Source of the DNA: Eledone cirrhosa
Taxonomy: Eukaryota
Direction of reading: 5' to 3'
Assembly: GCA_964016885.1 (NCBI GenBank)
Contig: OZ024740.1
Coordinates: forward strand, 355,260,001-355,324,000
DNA: 64,000 nt
Under the pieces are notes generated by a model. It made no database searches and had not been told where the DNA came from. It saw only the letters and a program-made list of their open reading frames with translations. Positions 1 through 16,563 of this stretch are shown here, piece after piece. Both the position numbers and the translations under genes were made by a program. The first letter of the stretch is position 1; each line of letters opens with the position of its first letter.

Positions 1-106
1 GTAGGACACCTCGGTTATTTTACATTTTGTAAAAAAAACCCTCACTTTCTAATATATATATAAACTTGTTATAATGTCATAATTGTTCCTTTGTTCTTTT
101 TCACAA

Positions 107-1411
<1,305 letters not shown>

Positions 1412-3563
1412 ATGTGCTAAACACACCCCATTAAGAACTATAAACAAATCTAAGAGCAGAATCCCTAGAAATAGAAAAACGCTCATCAGAAAAATTAAGA
1501 GAACGAACAAAAAAATCAACAAGCTGAAATACTGTCAGCAGCAACACATCAACTTGACTGCCATTTCATCACTAGAGATTAAAAAACATAACCTCCAAAA
1601 CAACATAATGTCCCTCATCAACAATCAGAGAAGAGCTGAAGAGGCCTGGGCCATTGAGAAGATCAAACTCAATCCCAAAGTGTTCTTTTCATTTGCAAAA
1701 AAACACAAAATCACTGGCTCTACTGTTGGCCCTCTAATTGATGAAAATGGCACTCTTCAAGACAATGCTAAAACCATGGGTGAGATACTGCAGAAACAAT
1801 ACTGCTCTGTTTTCAGCAATCCTGATATGGCCGATCTGGGCTGTATCGGCGATGTTACTCCCCATTACACCTTATCGGACATAACGTTTGGCGCCCCTGA
1901 TGTCTTGGCGGCAATAAAGGAAATCAAGCATAATTCAGCAGTAGGTCCCGATAGGTTCCCTGCTTGTGTCTTGAAGGCGTGTCAACACCAACTTGCATCT
2001 CCTCTTGCCAATCTGTGGCGGAACTCACTGGATGCTGGATATGTGCCAGAAAACCTTCTATCCCAGTCTGTTGTCCGAGTTTTCAAAAAGGGAAACAAAT
2101 CCCTTGCCGTGAATTACCGTCCAATCTCACTCACCTCTCATATCATTAAGGTATTTGAGCGAGTGGTGAGATCGCGAATGACCCACTTCCTTGAGAGTAA
2201 CAATATGCTGAACTCCAACCAGCATGGATTCCGTAATGGAAGGGATTGCCTGACGCAGCTACTGCATCACTTTGATGACATTTTGAGAGCCTTGGGAGAG
2301 GGTTCCAACACTGATGTTATCTACCTTGATTTCAGCAAGGCCCTTGACAGGGTTGATCATAACATTCTACTGAGAAAGCTGTCCAATATTGGTGTCACTG
2401 GAAAGCTGCTGCAGTGGATCAAGAGCTTCCTGTCAAACAGAACCCAACATGTTGTAGTTGAGGGAGTCAAATCAAGCCCAGCCAAAGTCAGTAGTGGGGT
2501 CCCACAAGGCACTGTGTTGGGCCCACTTCTCTTCATCATCTATATTAATGACATCACTGACATCATCAAACACAGCAACATTAAAATTTTCGCTGATGAT
2601 TCCAAGCTCCAAAAGGTCATCAATGGCGTGGATGACCGGATAAGCCTTCAGTCAGACCTACTGGCTGTTACCCAATGGGCAGAAAAGAACAACATGTTAC
2701 TGAACGAAGACAAATTCGAACTGATCCACTTTGGAAAAGAGGATGCTCTGAAACTCCCGTACTCCCTTCCCTCCGGGGAAACTCTCGTGGCATCTAACAA
2801 CATCAGAGACTTGGGAGTAACCGTGGACAGCAACATAAGCTGGACCACGCATATAAGCAGCAAAGTTGACATGGCCCGCAGAATGTGTTCCTGGATCCTC
2901 AGAACCTTCCAGTCGAGAGATTCCGCACCATTATCCTTCTCTTCTCTACTTTCGCCCGACCACACCTTGAATACTGTTGTCCACTGTGGTCTCCCCACAC
3001 GAAACAAAGTATCATGAAACTTGAAGCTCCTCAAAGGGCAATCACGAAAAAGATAGATGGCATGTCAGACCTTGACTACTGGGGTCGATTAGAAAACCTG
3101 AAACTTTACTCACTCCAACGTCGCCGTGAGCGTTATATTATCTGCATGATGTGGAAAATGTTCCATCATCACTGCCCAAATGATGTTGGCATCGCCTTCA
3201 AGATACACCCAAGGCTTGGGCCCCGTGCTATCCGTCCCATTCAAAAATCTAAATCGCAACTCATAACAACAATACGGCACAATTATTTCACCTCAATCGG
3301 CCCTGCTCTCTTCAACATCACACCAGGACATGTCAGAACAGAAACTGACCACACAAAATTCAAGAAGTCTTTGGACAAATTCCTCCAAGTAATCCCGGAC
3401 AAACCACCCACACCCGGATATGTCTCCGCAAACAGTAATTCTCTTCTCAAATGGGCCATGGTGCCCAAATCCTGAATTGAAAGACTTCGCCAGGTGGTGC
3501 TATTAAGTTAGACATGGCCTGGGCCAATACTGGCCAAAACATTTCAAAGTTATTCAAAGTTAT
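1412..3563 (+). mobile_element. 5'-truncated CR1-group (CR1/L2/Crack-like) LINE, RT with one frameshift
   Basis: ORFs 1320-3017 and 2885-3475 contain NYRPISLT, QHGFR, LDFSKALDRVDH, GVPQGTVLGPLLF, FADD and RPHLEYCCPLWSP. Frameshift near 2925; short 3' UTR ending in two ttcaaagtta repeats. Confidence 0.9.
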
Positions 3564-3632
3564 ATATGTATATATATATATGTATATATATATGTATATA
3601 TATGTATATATATATATATGTATATATATATG

Positions 3633-3663
<31 letters not shown>

Positions 3664-3760
3664 GTATATATATATGTATATATATGTATATATATATATA
3701 TATATATGTATGTATATATATATGTATATGTATATATATATATGTATATATATATGTATA

Positions 3761-3791
<31 letters not shown>

Positions 3792-3798
<7 letters not shown>

Positions 3799-3966
3799 TG
3801 AGATTCTACAGGACTAGAACTGTTTCATTCTTTAGAAATCATCTGATTTCTAAAGAATGAAACAGTTCTAGTCCTGTAGAATCTCATCTATATTAAAACT
3901 TTTATACTCTGCTATGTATTGAGTACCTTACTTACTGTGGTTACCTCCGATTCAACCCGGAATAAC

Positions 3967-3967
<1 letters not shown>
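3792..3967 (+). mobile_element. Second identical copy of the foldback PLE relic
   Basis: Identical to 760-935 at offset 3032, with matching flanking microsatellite variants. Confidence 0.75.
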
Positions 3968-4040
<73 letters not shown>

Positions 4041-4097
4041 GTATATGTATAAACATATATATATATATGTATATGTATGTATATATAAATGTATATG

Positions 4098-4129
<32 letters not shown>

Positions 4130-4212
4130 TGTATATGTATATATATATATATGTATGTATATATATACATGTATATGTATATATATATATATGTATATAT
4201 ATATGTATGTAT

Positions 4213-4260
<48 letters not shown>

Positions 4261-4351
4261 GTATATATATATATGTATATATATATATGTATATATATAT
4301 ATACATGTATATGTATAAATATATATATGTATATGTATGTATATGTATATC

Positions 4352-4396
<45 letters not shown>

Positions 4397-4543
4397 GTAT
4401 ATATATGTATATATATATGTATGTATATGTATATATATATGTATGTATATATCTATATATATATGTATATATATATATATGTATGTATATATCTATATAT
4501 ATATATGTATATATATATGTATGTATATATGTATATATATATG

Positions 4544-5442
<899 letters not shown>

Positions 5443-5750
5443 GAGAGAGAGAGAGAAATGTAATCCTGGTATGTGTATATGCATTTTTTCTTCTAACTTT
5501 AACTTTATACCTAATTGTGTATGGTTGACGATATATTTAATCGATTTCCCCGTGCTATTGAAATGTTGGGTAAATATTCTATAGCGGTTGATCTCGAATA
5601 GATGAGTGCTTTTTAATCTTATAGCCTGGTTTAATTTGTTTTTTGTGTGGTTGATTATACTAATTGGGAGAGGAAATGCAGTATATATCTTATCAAACGA
5701 CTCTATGTACATAATTTATAGTATATATATATGTATATATATATATATAT

Positions 5751-6020
5751 ATCATCATCATCATCATCATCATCAACGTTTAACGTCCGTGTTCCACGCT
5801 TGCATGGGTTTGGACGGGGGTATTCCTACTTGAGGCAAGAGTGATTGTCTTGCTCGCATAGGACTGTCTGGCAGGTTTTCTACAGTTGGATGCCCTTCCT
5901 AACACCAACCACATTTACAGTGTGGGTCTGGGAGGTTTTTACCGTGTTGCCTACACGGCCACATTACAGCGTGGACTGTGTGTTTTTTGTCGTGACACCT
6001 ACACGATCTCATTTGTTTCG
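5751..6020 (-). mobile_element. Short SINE-like element with an RTE-type (GAT)n 3' tail
   Basis: The reverse complement ends ...gcaagcgtggaacacggacgttaaacgttgatgatgat, resembling the RTE end at 26030-26092. It contains the widespread invertebrate SINE-core motif ggttggtgttaggaagggcatcc. Confidence 0.5.
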
Positions 6021-6169
6021 GCATGTATATATATATATATGTATATATATATATGTATGTATATATGAATATATATATATATGTATATATATATATGTAT
6101 ATATATATATGTATATATATATATGTATATATATATATATGTATATATATATATGTATATATATATATG

Positions 6170-6232
<63 letters not shown>

Positions 6233-6289
6233 ATGTATATCTCTCTCTATATATATATGTATATATATATGTATATATATATGTATATA

Positions 6290-6338
<49 letters not shown>

Positions 6339-6789
6339 GTATGTATATATACATGTATATATATATGTATGTATATATATATGTATATATATATGTATGT
6401 ATATATATATGTATGTATATATATATGTATATATATATGTATGTATATATATATGTATATATATATATATATATATATAAGTATGTATGTATGTATGTAT
6501 GTATATATATATGTATGTATATATATATGTATATATATATGTATGTATATATATATGTATATATATATGTATGTATATATATATGTATATATATATGTAT
6601 GTATATATATATGTATATATATGTTTATGTATGTATATATATATGTATATATATATGTATATATATATATATATATACATATATATGTATATATATATGT
6701 ATATATATATGAATATATATATATGTATATATATATGAATATATATATATGTATATATATATGTATATATATATATGTATATATATATG

Positions 6790-6824
<35 letters not shown>

Positions 6825-6907
6825 GTATATATATATGTATATATATATATATGAATATATATATATGTATATATATATGTATATATATATATATGTATAT
6901 ATATATG

Positions 6908-7055
<148 letters not shown>

Positions 7056-7275
7056 TAAATAAATATACACGGGTGTGTATGATTGTGTATAGAAGAATAT
7101 ATTAATAAAAGGAATTCCAACTTTGTCTGATTTACTCGTTTTATTTACAATCCTTTAAAATTATAATGATATTATAATGAAATAGTATTGTAGAATATTA
7201 AATGTTAAATGTTAATTCAACAAGTACTTTTATGCTTTCGCAATCTTCAGGTACATATTCTGGGGTGGCAGTTGA

Positions 7276-9053
7276 AAAGAGCCTTATTATAATATTGTGC
7301 ATGGTTTATATATTAGCCCACACTCTAACCACCCACCGGCAGTCATCAGGGCAGTAATCAAATCTATCTCGTATAGGATCTCCATGCTATCAGCAAATGG
7401 AGATATTTATAAACCATGCACAATATTATAATAAGGCTCTTTCTGAATCTGGTTATGAACAATCTATTTACTACATACCTAAATGCTATAACACAGCAAT
7501 TCACCATAATAAACCTAACACTAGAACTAGAAATACCTTAGCATATAGCCAGATTTGCCGGAATTTTAGCAGTTACTGCACCTATACAGGGAACTTTAAT
7601 GGTGGTAGTGGCCTGCTCCCCACTCCAAGTAGCAAACTAAAAATCAACCCTAGAATAGGAATGAGAAATGGGATGACAAATAACAAATCCCCAGGTAATA
7701 ATAACCCTAGGAAGGCCCCTACCAACTCCACTAGAAACCCTAGAAGGAATAAGCCTAGAAATATCACCTGGCTTAACCCCCCATTCTCATCTAATCTAGC
7801 CACTAATATCCCTAAACGCTTCTTTTCTATCCTATCTAAACATTCCCCCCCCCCCCAACCATAGATACAAACTCTTTAATAAAAATAACATTAAAATCTC
7901 ATTCTCCACAACACCTAACCTAGCTAGCCACATCGCATTCAGTAACCATCATAAACTAAGACACTATAACTCCCACACCGCGGTACCACCACCCCTATCA
8001 AATACACCACGCCACTACACCAATAATTACTCTAGTAGCACACCTCCCCATCTAATCCTTCTAACACTGACCAACCGCTTAGGTTGAACTACCCTACTCT
8101 CACTAACCGCAGAAGCAACTGCAACTGCCGTTACCCTAATGCATGCCCACTAAATGGACACTGCCTGACACCCAACATAGTCTATAGGTGCACGGTTAAA
8201 ACTGCTTCGAATACCAGCTCCTATATCGGGTCTACCTCTAACCCTTTTAAGGTACGCTATAACGCGCACTCTTTTTCCTTCCGAGACCCTAACAACAGAT
8301 GTTCGACATCTCTAGCTAAGCTCATTAAAAACCTTAAATTAACCAACATTGAACACTCACTAACATGGGATATTTTAGCTAGGGCCTAACCGTTCAATGG
8401 ACGAAGAAAATCTTGTGATCTCTGTATTACCGAAGCATATTACATAACTCTATCACGACCTCTACCGATTAACGATAGAACGGAGGTAAATATTAGCTGT
8501 CAACATCGAAGGGCTAATTCCTTCGCCAACAGAATATTTGACCCAACATAGTCATCAAGCCCCATTTTTACTTGTAGCTAATAAGTTAAATAGCTATAAC
8601 TAACTTAGATAATTATAAGTTACCTCCCCTATATTGTCTCTCAATTAAAAAATTAAAAAATTAGCACTTAACTATAAACTACCCACAATTTCTAATCTCT
8701 CGAGGAGTTACTTCCCCTGAAACCACCTTCTAATTTGTAAGGTAAATATGTCCATTGGCGGCCATCTTGTTACCCATAGGCAGATCTCACACAATGCAGC
8801 CTCGACAGATGAATACTGCTTGATTATGGCTGACAATTGATACACCCAGGACACCATAGTGAAATACCAATATATGGAACATTACATTATGTAACATTCT
8901 CTCCTTATCTTAATATATATTCCTTTGAAGTTCCGATGAGCCGTTCTGTTTTTAAATATGTTAATTATTTTCAACTGAACCAGATCAATAATAATATATA
9001 GTCATTTGATCCAGAAATATTATATGGAGTAGCGAAACAATTGTAAACGAACA
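7276..9053 (+). mobile_element. 5'-truncated, frameshifted PLE (GIY-YIG end plus pLTR)
   Basis: ORF pieces read HSNHPPAV, RNITWLNPPFS, CNCRYPNACPLNGHC and NIVYRC...SYIGST, homologous to 16543-19005. A short 5' inversion is present (7276-7311 is the reverse complement of 7408-7443). HHR at 8930-9048. Confidence 0.85.
8930..9048 (+). ncRNA. Type I hammerhead ribozyme, 94-nt stem II, CCGAUGA core
   Basis: gtt-CCGATGA-gc...gc-GAAAC-aatt-GTA-aac; palindromic stem III (acaattgt); stem I only 3 bp; U4C core change. Confidence 0.6.
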
Positions 9054-9402
9054 TTAACTTTGCCTTTCATCCTTATGGGGTCGATAAAATAAAGTACCAG
9101 TAATACACTGGGTAATTTCCTGGCCTTGTGCCAAAAAGGTAGAAACAATTATTATTAATAATTAAGGGCGGTGAATTGGCAGTATCGGTGGAGGGTCGGA
9201 CATGCTTACCAGCATAGTTACGTCCCTTTACGATCTGAGTTCAAATCCCGCCGAGGATAACTTTGCCTTTCATCCTTACCGGGTCGATAAAATAAAGTAC
9301 CAGTAATGAACTGGATAATTGCTGGCCTTGTACCAAAAATAGAAACAATTATTATTAATATTGCTGGCCTTGTGCCAAAAATAGAAACAATTATTATTAT
9401 TA
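9054..9402 (+). mobile_element. Cluster of tRNA-derived Nin-domain-type SINEs (partial, full, duplicated tail)
   Basis: A-box-like tggcagtatcgg, B-box gagttcaaatcc, core gcctttcatccttacggggtcgataaaataaagtacc, tail tagaaacaattatt. Confidence 0.85.
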
Positions 9403-9682
9403 TTCTTTACATTCCTTATATCAAACTAAAATATATTGACAATCTTTTAATAATGTCTTCCTTGTGAAATTTGTGGTCTTCTTTTGCTTAACTAATGAAT
9501 ATTTCCAGCTCTGCGCGCCTAACTTCTGCATGAACCCAGCCACCTAGCTTCTTTCTACTGCATATTGCACATTGAGCACATGCCTTTACGCTTTGGCTTC
9601 TAACTAATTCACCAATCTCTCCTCTCTTATCTCCTCTCCTATCTCCATCTCTCTCTTTAAGATTGGTTACTCTTGAACTGTG

Positions 9683-9722
<40 letters not shown>

Positions 9723-9915
9723 GATAAAACTACCAAGAGTTTACGGTAGTGTCCAATCCGTATGAAGAACTCAATGTATTCCGGATATCATGGAAAGAAG
9801 AGATGTAATGAAAAATCACTTTCGGTGAAAGATAAACGGTATACAGAGTCAAGATAAAATATTAAACAAATAATGAATAAACAATGAGACAGTTCCTTAT
9901 ATTAAACAAAAAAAG

Positions 9916-10069
9916 TTCATTATTTAACGATCGTTTCTAGGATATATATGTATTAGAATTGGCATGCATATTCAACAGATCTATGTACAAAATTATACAA
10001 AATTATACAAACTATCAAGATTAAATATACATACCAACACATATATACGCCGTCTTCAGAAATAATGAA
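9916..10069 (-). ncRNA. Type I hammerhead ribozyme, copy in inverted pLTR
   Basis: Reverse complement of 16061-16214 with one C>U change that converts a stem II G-C pair to G-U. Confidence 0.85.
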
Positions 10070-10696
10070 GTATATTTATTGATAATAACAACAATTCAAA
10101 ATTTCAGGTCCGTTTGGGAACAAAATTGACCAATGAAAATACAAAAGGTTTAATGCAGTTCGGTGTGTGTATATACATGTAACTACCCCTACACATATTT
10201 TACAAAAATGTATGCATAACTTGTATACGCATACTAAAAGGATGGATGCAAATACAAAATTTCAAGGTTAATGTCTCTGTAAGTTTATAATGCACAGATA
10301 AGATGCGTATAGACACACAAATATGAAATAAGTGTATAGATATATTTTCATACTCACACATATCCGTACAATCACACATACACGCGCGTATATGCATAAA
10401 TATACACATAACCACGAACATACAAACACACACACACCCCCACTCACATATATATATGTGGATATAAAATCATAAGCACATGGATATTAATTCACTCACA
10501 TAAACACTGGCACACACATTTAGATCAAGATACAGAAATTAGGTGGGAGGGGGGGAGAGGTCAGTATTCAACGGTCCGGGCAGACTGCTTAATATAGATG
10601 TATCTATAAACTAAGAAAATAAAAAATAATAAATAATAAATAAACATTAAAAAGGAAAGAATAGAAAAAGAAAAAAGAAAAAAGAAATATATCAAG

Positions 10697-10764
<68 letters not shown>

Positions 10765-10912
10765 CACACACATACACACATACATATATATACACACATA
10801 TACAAACACATACATACATATACACACATCCACACTAAGAACATACATACACACACATATATAAACATATACATATACACACATACATACATATACACAC
10901 ATACATATAAAT

Positions 10913-10975
<63 letters not shown>

Positions 10976-11291
10976 CATACACACATACATACACATATAA
11001 TCACACATACTATATAGACACACATATATATACACACATACACGCACATATACATACACTTACATACTTATATACATACAGATATACACATACATAGCTA
11101 TATATACACACAAATACATACAGACATACATACATACATACAGACAAATACTTACGCATCTATATATCGGTATATACATACAAACACCACTACACTATCA
11201 CACAACTCAGACATACAAAGAAAAAGGTATATACCTATACACATATACATATACAAATAGAAAAACATATAGATATATATATATATATATA

Positions 11292-11337
<46 letters not shown>

Positions 11338-11496
11338 CACATATACACATACACACACATACACATACATACACATACATACATGTACACACACATAGAT
11401 ATATATACACATACACACATACACACATACATATAAAGTCATACACACACATACACCTACACGAACATACACATACACATATATAAAGATATATAT

Positions 11497-11527
<31 letters not shown>

Positions 11528-11550
11528 TATATATAAAAAATAAATAATAA

Positions 11551-11603
<53 letters not shown>

Positions 11604-11930
11604 CATATACATACATACATACATAGACATATATGTACATACATACACATACATAGATACATACACACACATACATACATATATATATACACACATAGAC
11701 ATATACATACATACACACACAACTTACATACACACATATATATTCATACATAGAATTAGATATATAATCATACATACATATGCACTTACATATACTCATA
11801 TATACAAATACATACGCATCCATATATGCGTATATACATAGAAACACCACTACAACCTCACCCAACTCAGACATACAAAGAAAAAGGCATATACATATAC
11901 ATATATACACGCATTAATAGAGATATATAT

Positions 11931-11970
<40 letters not shown>

Positions 11971-12189
11971 ACTTATATATATATATACCCACACACACAT
12001 ACCACCATAAATACACATACAAACACCCACATATACATATATATACACACATATATATATATATACACACACATAAAAAACAGACATGCACATATATATT
12101 TTTTTACACATATATATACACATATTATATACATATACACACCCTCACATATACACACATACACATAAGTTATATTATAATAATAAATA

Positions 12190-12242
<53 letters not shown>

Positions 12243-12281
12243 CACACATACGAATATAGACATATATACACACATAGACAC

Positions 12282-12315
<34 letters not shown>

Positions 12316-12509
12316 ATATACACAGACATATACACACTCACATATATATGTGTGTGCACACACACATATATACACATACACACATATACACATAAACACA
12401 TATATGTGTATACATGCACACACACACATATATCCACATAGATACGAAGATAGACATATAAATAGAGAGACATACATATATATACACACACACATATACA
12501 TACATACAT

Positions 12510-12604
<95 letters not shown>

Positions 12605-13922
12605 CACACATACACATACACACACATATACACATGCATATATACACATATACACATACACACACACATATATATACACACACAATCTTACATTCATATT
12701 TGCATGCGCATGTATGTATTTTTATATTCAGATATAAATACCCAAACATATATACACCTACCTACATATATATTCATACATACACGCTTACAAACACAGA
12801 TGATAATAGTATGGGGGAAAGGGGGGGGGGGTTGGAGAAGGGGATTATAGTAAATATATGTTTCAAGAAACATAGAATATTATCCGTATCTGGATCCAAT
12901 GTATGTTTTTACATAGTTTCAGTGTTAGGAAATACAATAAACAAGAAATAAGGCAAAATTTATGCATTTCAAAATAAATAAGTATACCATTAATTATATG
13001 TTAACTAAACTAAAGATAGTTAACATATTGATTTCTAAGGTGTAAATTAGTTAGGTTTATAATATTTGAAGCAGAATTTTGAAGTTAAATAGTAGTAGAG
13101 TATTAATTATAGTATAACTAAATTAAAGTTAATAACGTTATGGTATCAATATTAGGAAATGAATTTAGTAATAGGGAAAAAACAAATAAAGTATTACATC
13201 GGTAGTAGAATATAAATTATAGGTTAACTAAATTAAAAATTATATATTTATTTCTATAGTATATGTTAATTAGGTATATAATAAATAAAACAGATATTGT
13301 ATTTTATCAATAGCAGAATATAATTATATGCAAATAGAAATCAAAATTAATACACATACATATACATATACATACACATACATATATACATATATATACA
13401 CATATATATATACATATATACACATATACACACACACACACATACACATACACATATACATATACATATTTTTTTCAAAAAATTGCATAGAATATATTAA
13501 CTAGGTATATATCCAAAACACATCCCATTCTATGATTACATGACATTCTGCAATTCGTCTGTATAAGGATACTAATTTTAAGCAAATTAAATTAAATTTT
13601 TAGGTTGATTAAAATTAAAACCAAATTATAAATATATTTCTAAAATGTATATTAATTAGGTCTATAATACTAAAAATTATTTCTCTGTCATTGGATACAC
13701 GATATTTTGTTATATTTTATCTGTAAAAGAATTATAATAAAAGGTTTAAATAAATTAAAATTAATCTATAAATTAAATTACTAAGTATATATTAGTAATA
13801 TTTAAAGGTTTTTCACAATTTATGATTACATAATATTTTATATTCTCATCTGTAATAAAATGTTAATTAAATTAAATTTATAGGTTAACCAACATTTAAA
13901 TTAAATTAATTTCTAAAATAAT

Positions 13923-14093
13923 TATTTCTACTTTAGGCACAAGGCCAGCAGTTACCCAGTACATTACTGGTACTTTATTTTATCGACCCCGTAAGGATGA
14001 AAGGCAAAGTTAACCTCGGCGGGATTTGAACTCAGACTGTAAAGGGACGTAACTATGCTAGAAAGCATGGCGTCCAACCCTCTACCGATACTG
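13923..14093 (-). mobile_element. SINE inserted into the inverted PLE copy, 7-bp TSD
   Basis: TSD aaataat at 13916-13922 and 14094-14100; the empty site is present at about 19010-19016. Confidence 0.9.
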
Positions 14094-14879
14094 AAATAAT
14101 GTTATTAATTAGGTTTATAATATTTAAATGTTTTTTTTAGTTTATGATTACACGATATAATTAATTCCTGTCGTTTATTTAATAAGATATCCTTAGATTT
14201 CATTATTTCAAATAGTTCTTGGGAACATAATCTACATTCATTTCTATTATTTTGATAAGGGGTGGCTCTTTTGAGCACACTCCAGGTCAAATCATATTCT
14301 ATATTCTTATTTTTATAACTATTGATTTTTTCTGCTAGAGATGTTGTATTAGCCAGTGCGGCATTTTTAAAACTATGCTTGTGGGTATTAAACCTTGTCT
14401 TAAAATTGTTAGAGGTAGCTCCTATATATGAGCAAATAGAATCTTTAGTTTTAACATTACATTTATAGACTATGTTGTTAACAAGACAATTCCCTTTTAA
14501 TGGGCAGTTTGCTTTGTTTCTACAGTTACATCCTTTCGTTAATTCTGTATTTGAGGAGATATTATGGTTAATTTGATGTACTGGTGGTATACTTATGGTT
14601 TTCTTACATTTATATGCATTATAGGCACTTATATTTTGTTTTATGTTATTTGTTGTAGAGTATGAGAATTTAACTGTAGACCTATTTAAGATTTGATGGT
14701 ATTTGTGGTTTGGCGGGAAGTTTTTCTCTAGGATATAAAAAAATTTTTTAGCAATATTATCCTTAATTTGTAAATTAAATGGAGCATTATACCAAGTAAC
14801 CCGTCTATTACGGTTTCTATGTTGTTTATTATTTTTATTATTTTTATAGGTTGTATCGTGATTTTTACTAGGAGGATTA

Positions 14880-15172
14880 ATGTTTTTCTATTTGTATATG
14901 TATATGTGTATAGGTATATACCTTTTTCTTTGTATGTCTGAGTTGTGTGATAGTGTAGTGGTGTTTGTATGTATATACCGATATATAGATGCGTAAGTAT
15001 TTGTCTGTATGTATGTATGTATGTCTGTATGTATTTGTGTGTATATATAGCTATGTATGTGTATATCTGTATGTATATAAGTATGTAAGTGTATGTATAT
15101 GTGCGTGTATGTGTGTATATATATGTGTGTCTATATAGTATGTGTGATTATATGTGTATGTATGTGTGTATG

Positions 15173-15231
<59 letters not shown>

Positions 15232-15379
15232 ATTTATATGTATGTGTGTATATGTATGTATGTGTGTATATGTATATGTTTATATATGTGTGTGTATGTA
15301 TGTTCTTAGTGTGGATGTGTGTATATGTATGTATGTGTTTGTATATGTGTGTATATATATGTATGTGTGTATGTGTGTG

Positions 15380-15433
<54 letters not shown>

Positions 15434-16413
15434 CTTGATATATTTCTTTTTTCTTTTTTCTTTTTCTATTCTTTCCTTTTTAATGTTTATTTATTATTTA
15501 TTATTTTTTATTTTCTTAGTTTATAGATACATCTATATTAAGCAGTCTGCCCGGACCGTTGAATACTGACCTCTCCCCCCCTCCCACCTAATTTCTGTAT
15601 CTTGATCTAAATGTGTGTGCCAGTGTTTATGTGAGTGAATTAATATCCATGTGCTTATGATTTTATATCCACATATATATATGTGAGTGGGGGTGTGTGT
15701 GTGTTTGTATGTTCGTGGTTATGTGTATATTTATGCATATACGCGCGTGTATGTGTGATTGTACGGATATGTGTGAGTATGAAAATATATCTATACACTT
15801 ATTTCATATTTGTGTGTCTATACGCATCTTATCTGTGCATTATAAACTTACAGAGACATTAACCTTGAAATTTTGTATTTGCATCCATCCTTTTAGTATG
15901 CGTATACAAGTTATGCATACATTTTTGTAAAATATGTGTAGGGGTAGTTACATGTATATACACACACCGAACTGCATTAAACCTTTTGTATTTTCATTGG
16001 TCAATTTTGTTCCCAAACGGACCTGAAATTTTGAATTGTTGTTATTATCAATAAATATACTTCATTATTTCTGAAGACGGCGTATATATGTGTTGGTATG
16101 TATATTTAATCTTGATAGTTTGTATAATTTTGTATAATTTTGTACATAGATCTGTTGAATATGCATGCCAATTCTAACACATATATATCCTAGAAACGAT
16201 CGTTAAATAATGAACTTTTTTTGTTTAATATAAGGAACTGTCTCATTGTTTATTCATTATTTGTTTAATATTTTATCTTGACTCTGTATACCGTTTATCT
16301 TTCACCGAAAGTGATTTTTCATTACATCTCTTCTTTCCATGATATCCGGAATACATTGAGTTCTTCATACGGATTGGACACTACCGTAAACTCTTGGTAG
16401 ATTTATCTACATA
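14880..16413 (+). repeat. Upstream pLTR of the PLE
   Basis: 14880-16276 is a direct repeat of 21667-23064; contains microsatellites, a GC-rich island and the HHR. Confidence 0.9.
16061..16214 (+). ncRNA. Type I hammerhead ribozyme with 115-nt stem II
   Basis: Stem I ttcattattt/aaataatgaa (10 bp); CTGAAGA at 16071-16077; long hairpin 16078-16192; GAAAC-gatc-GTT; predicted cleavage after 16204. Confidence 0.85.
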
Positions 16414-16563
16414 ATTTTGCTCCTATTTTCACGGAAATATTCGTATTTTTGTACTGTATGTGTGTATTAATTTTATATTTATGTATATACATATATATGT
16501 ATGATTTTATAAACCCATATACATTTAGTTGAGCTCTTTCAATTGTCCATCATCCATATCACA

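Larger units (their letters stand above)
9717..14884 (-). mobile_element. Inverted partial copy of the PLE (ORF 3' end, 3' UTR, pLTR, 137-bp tail)
   Basis: Near-identical reverse complement of 18226-23064 plus 16277-16413; begins in (TA)n. Confidence 0.95.

Noticed and set aside
7215-7260. Minus-strand CTGAAGA-tgc-gaaa-gca hammerhead-like motif
   Set aside because: G12 is absent and stem I does not pair convincingly.
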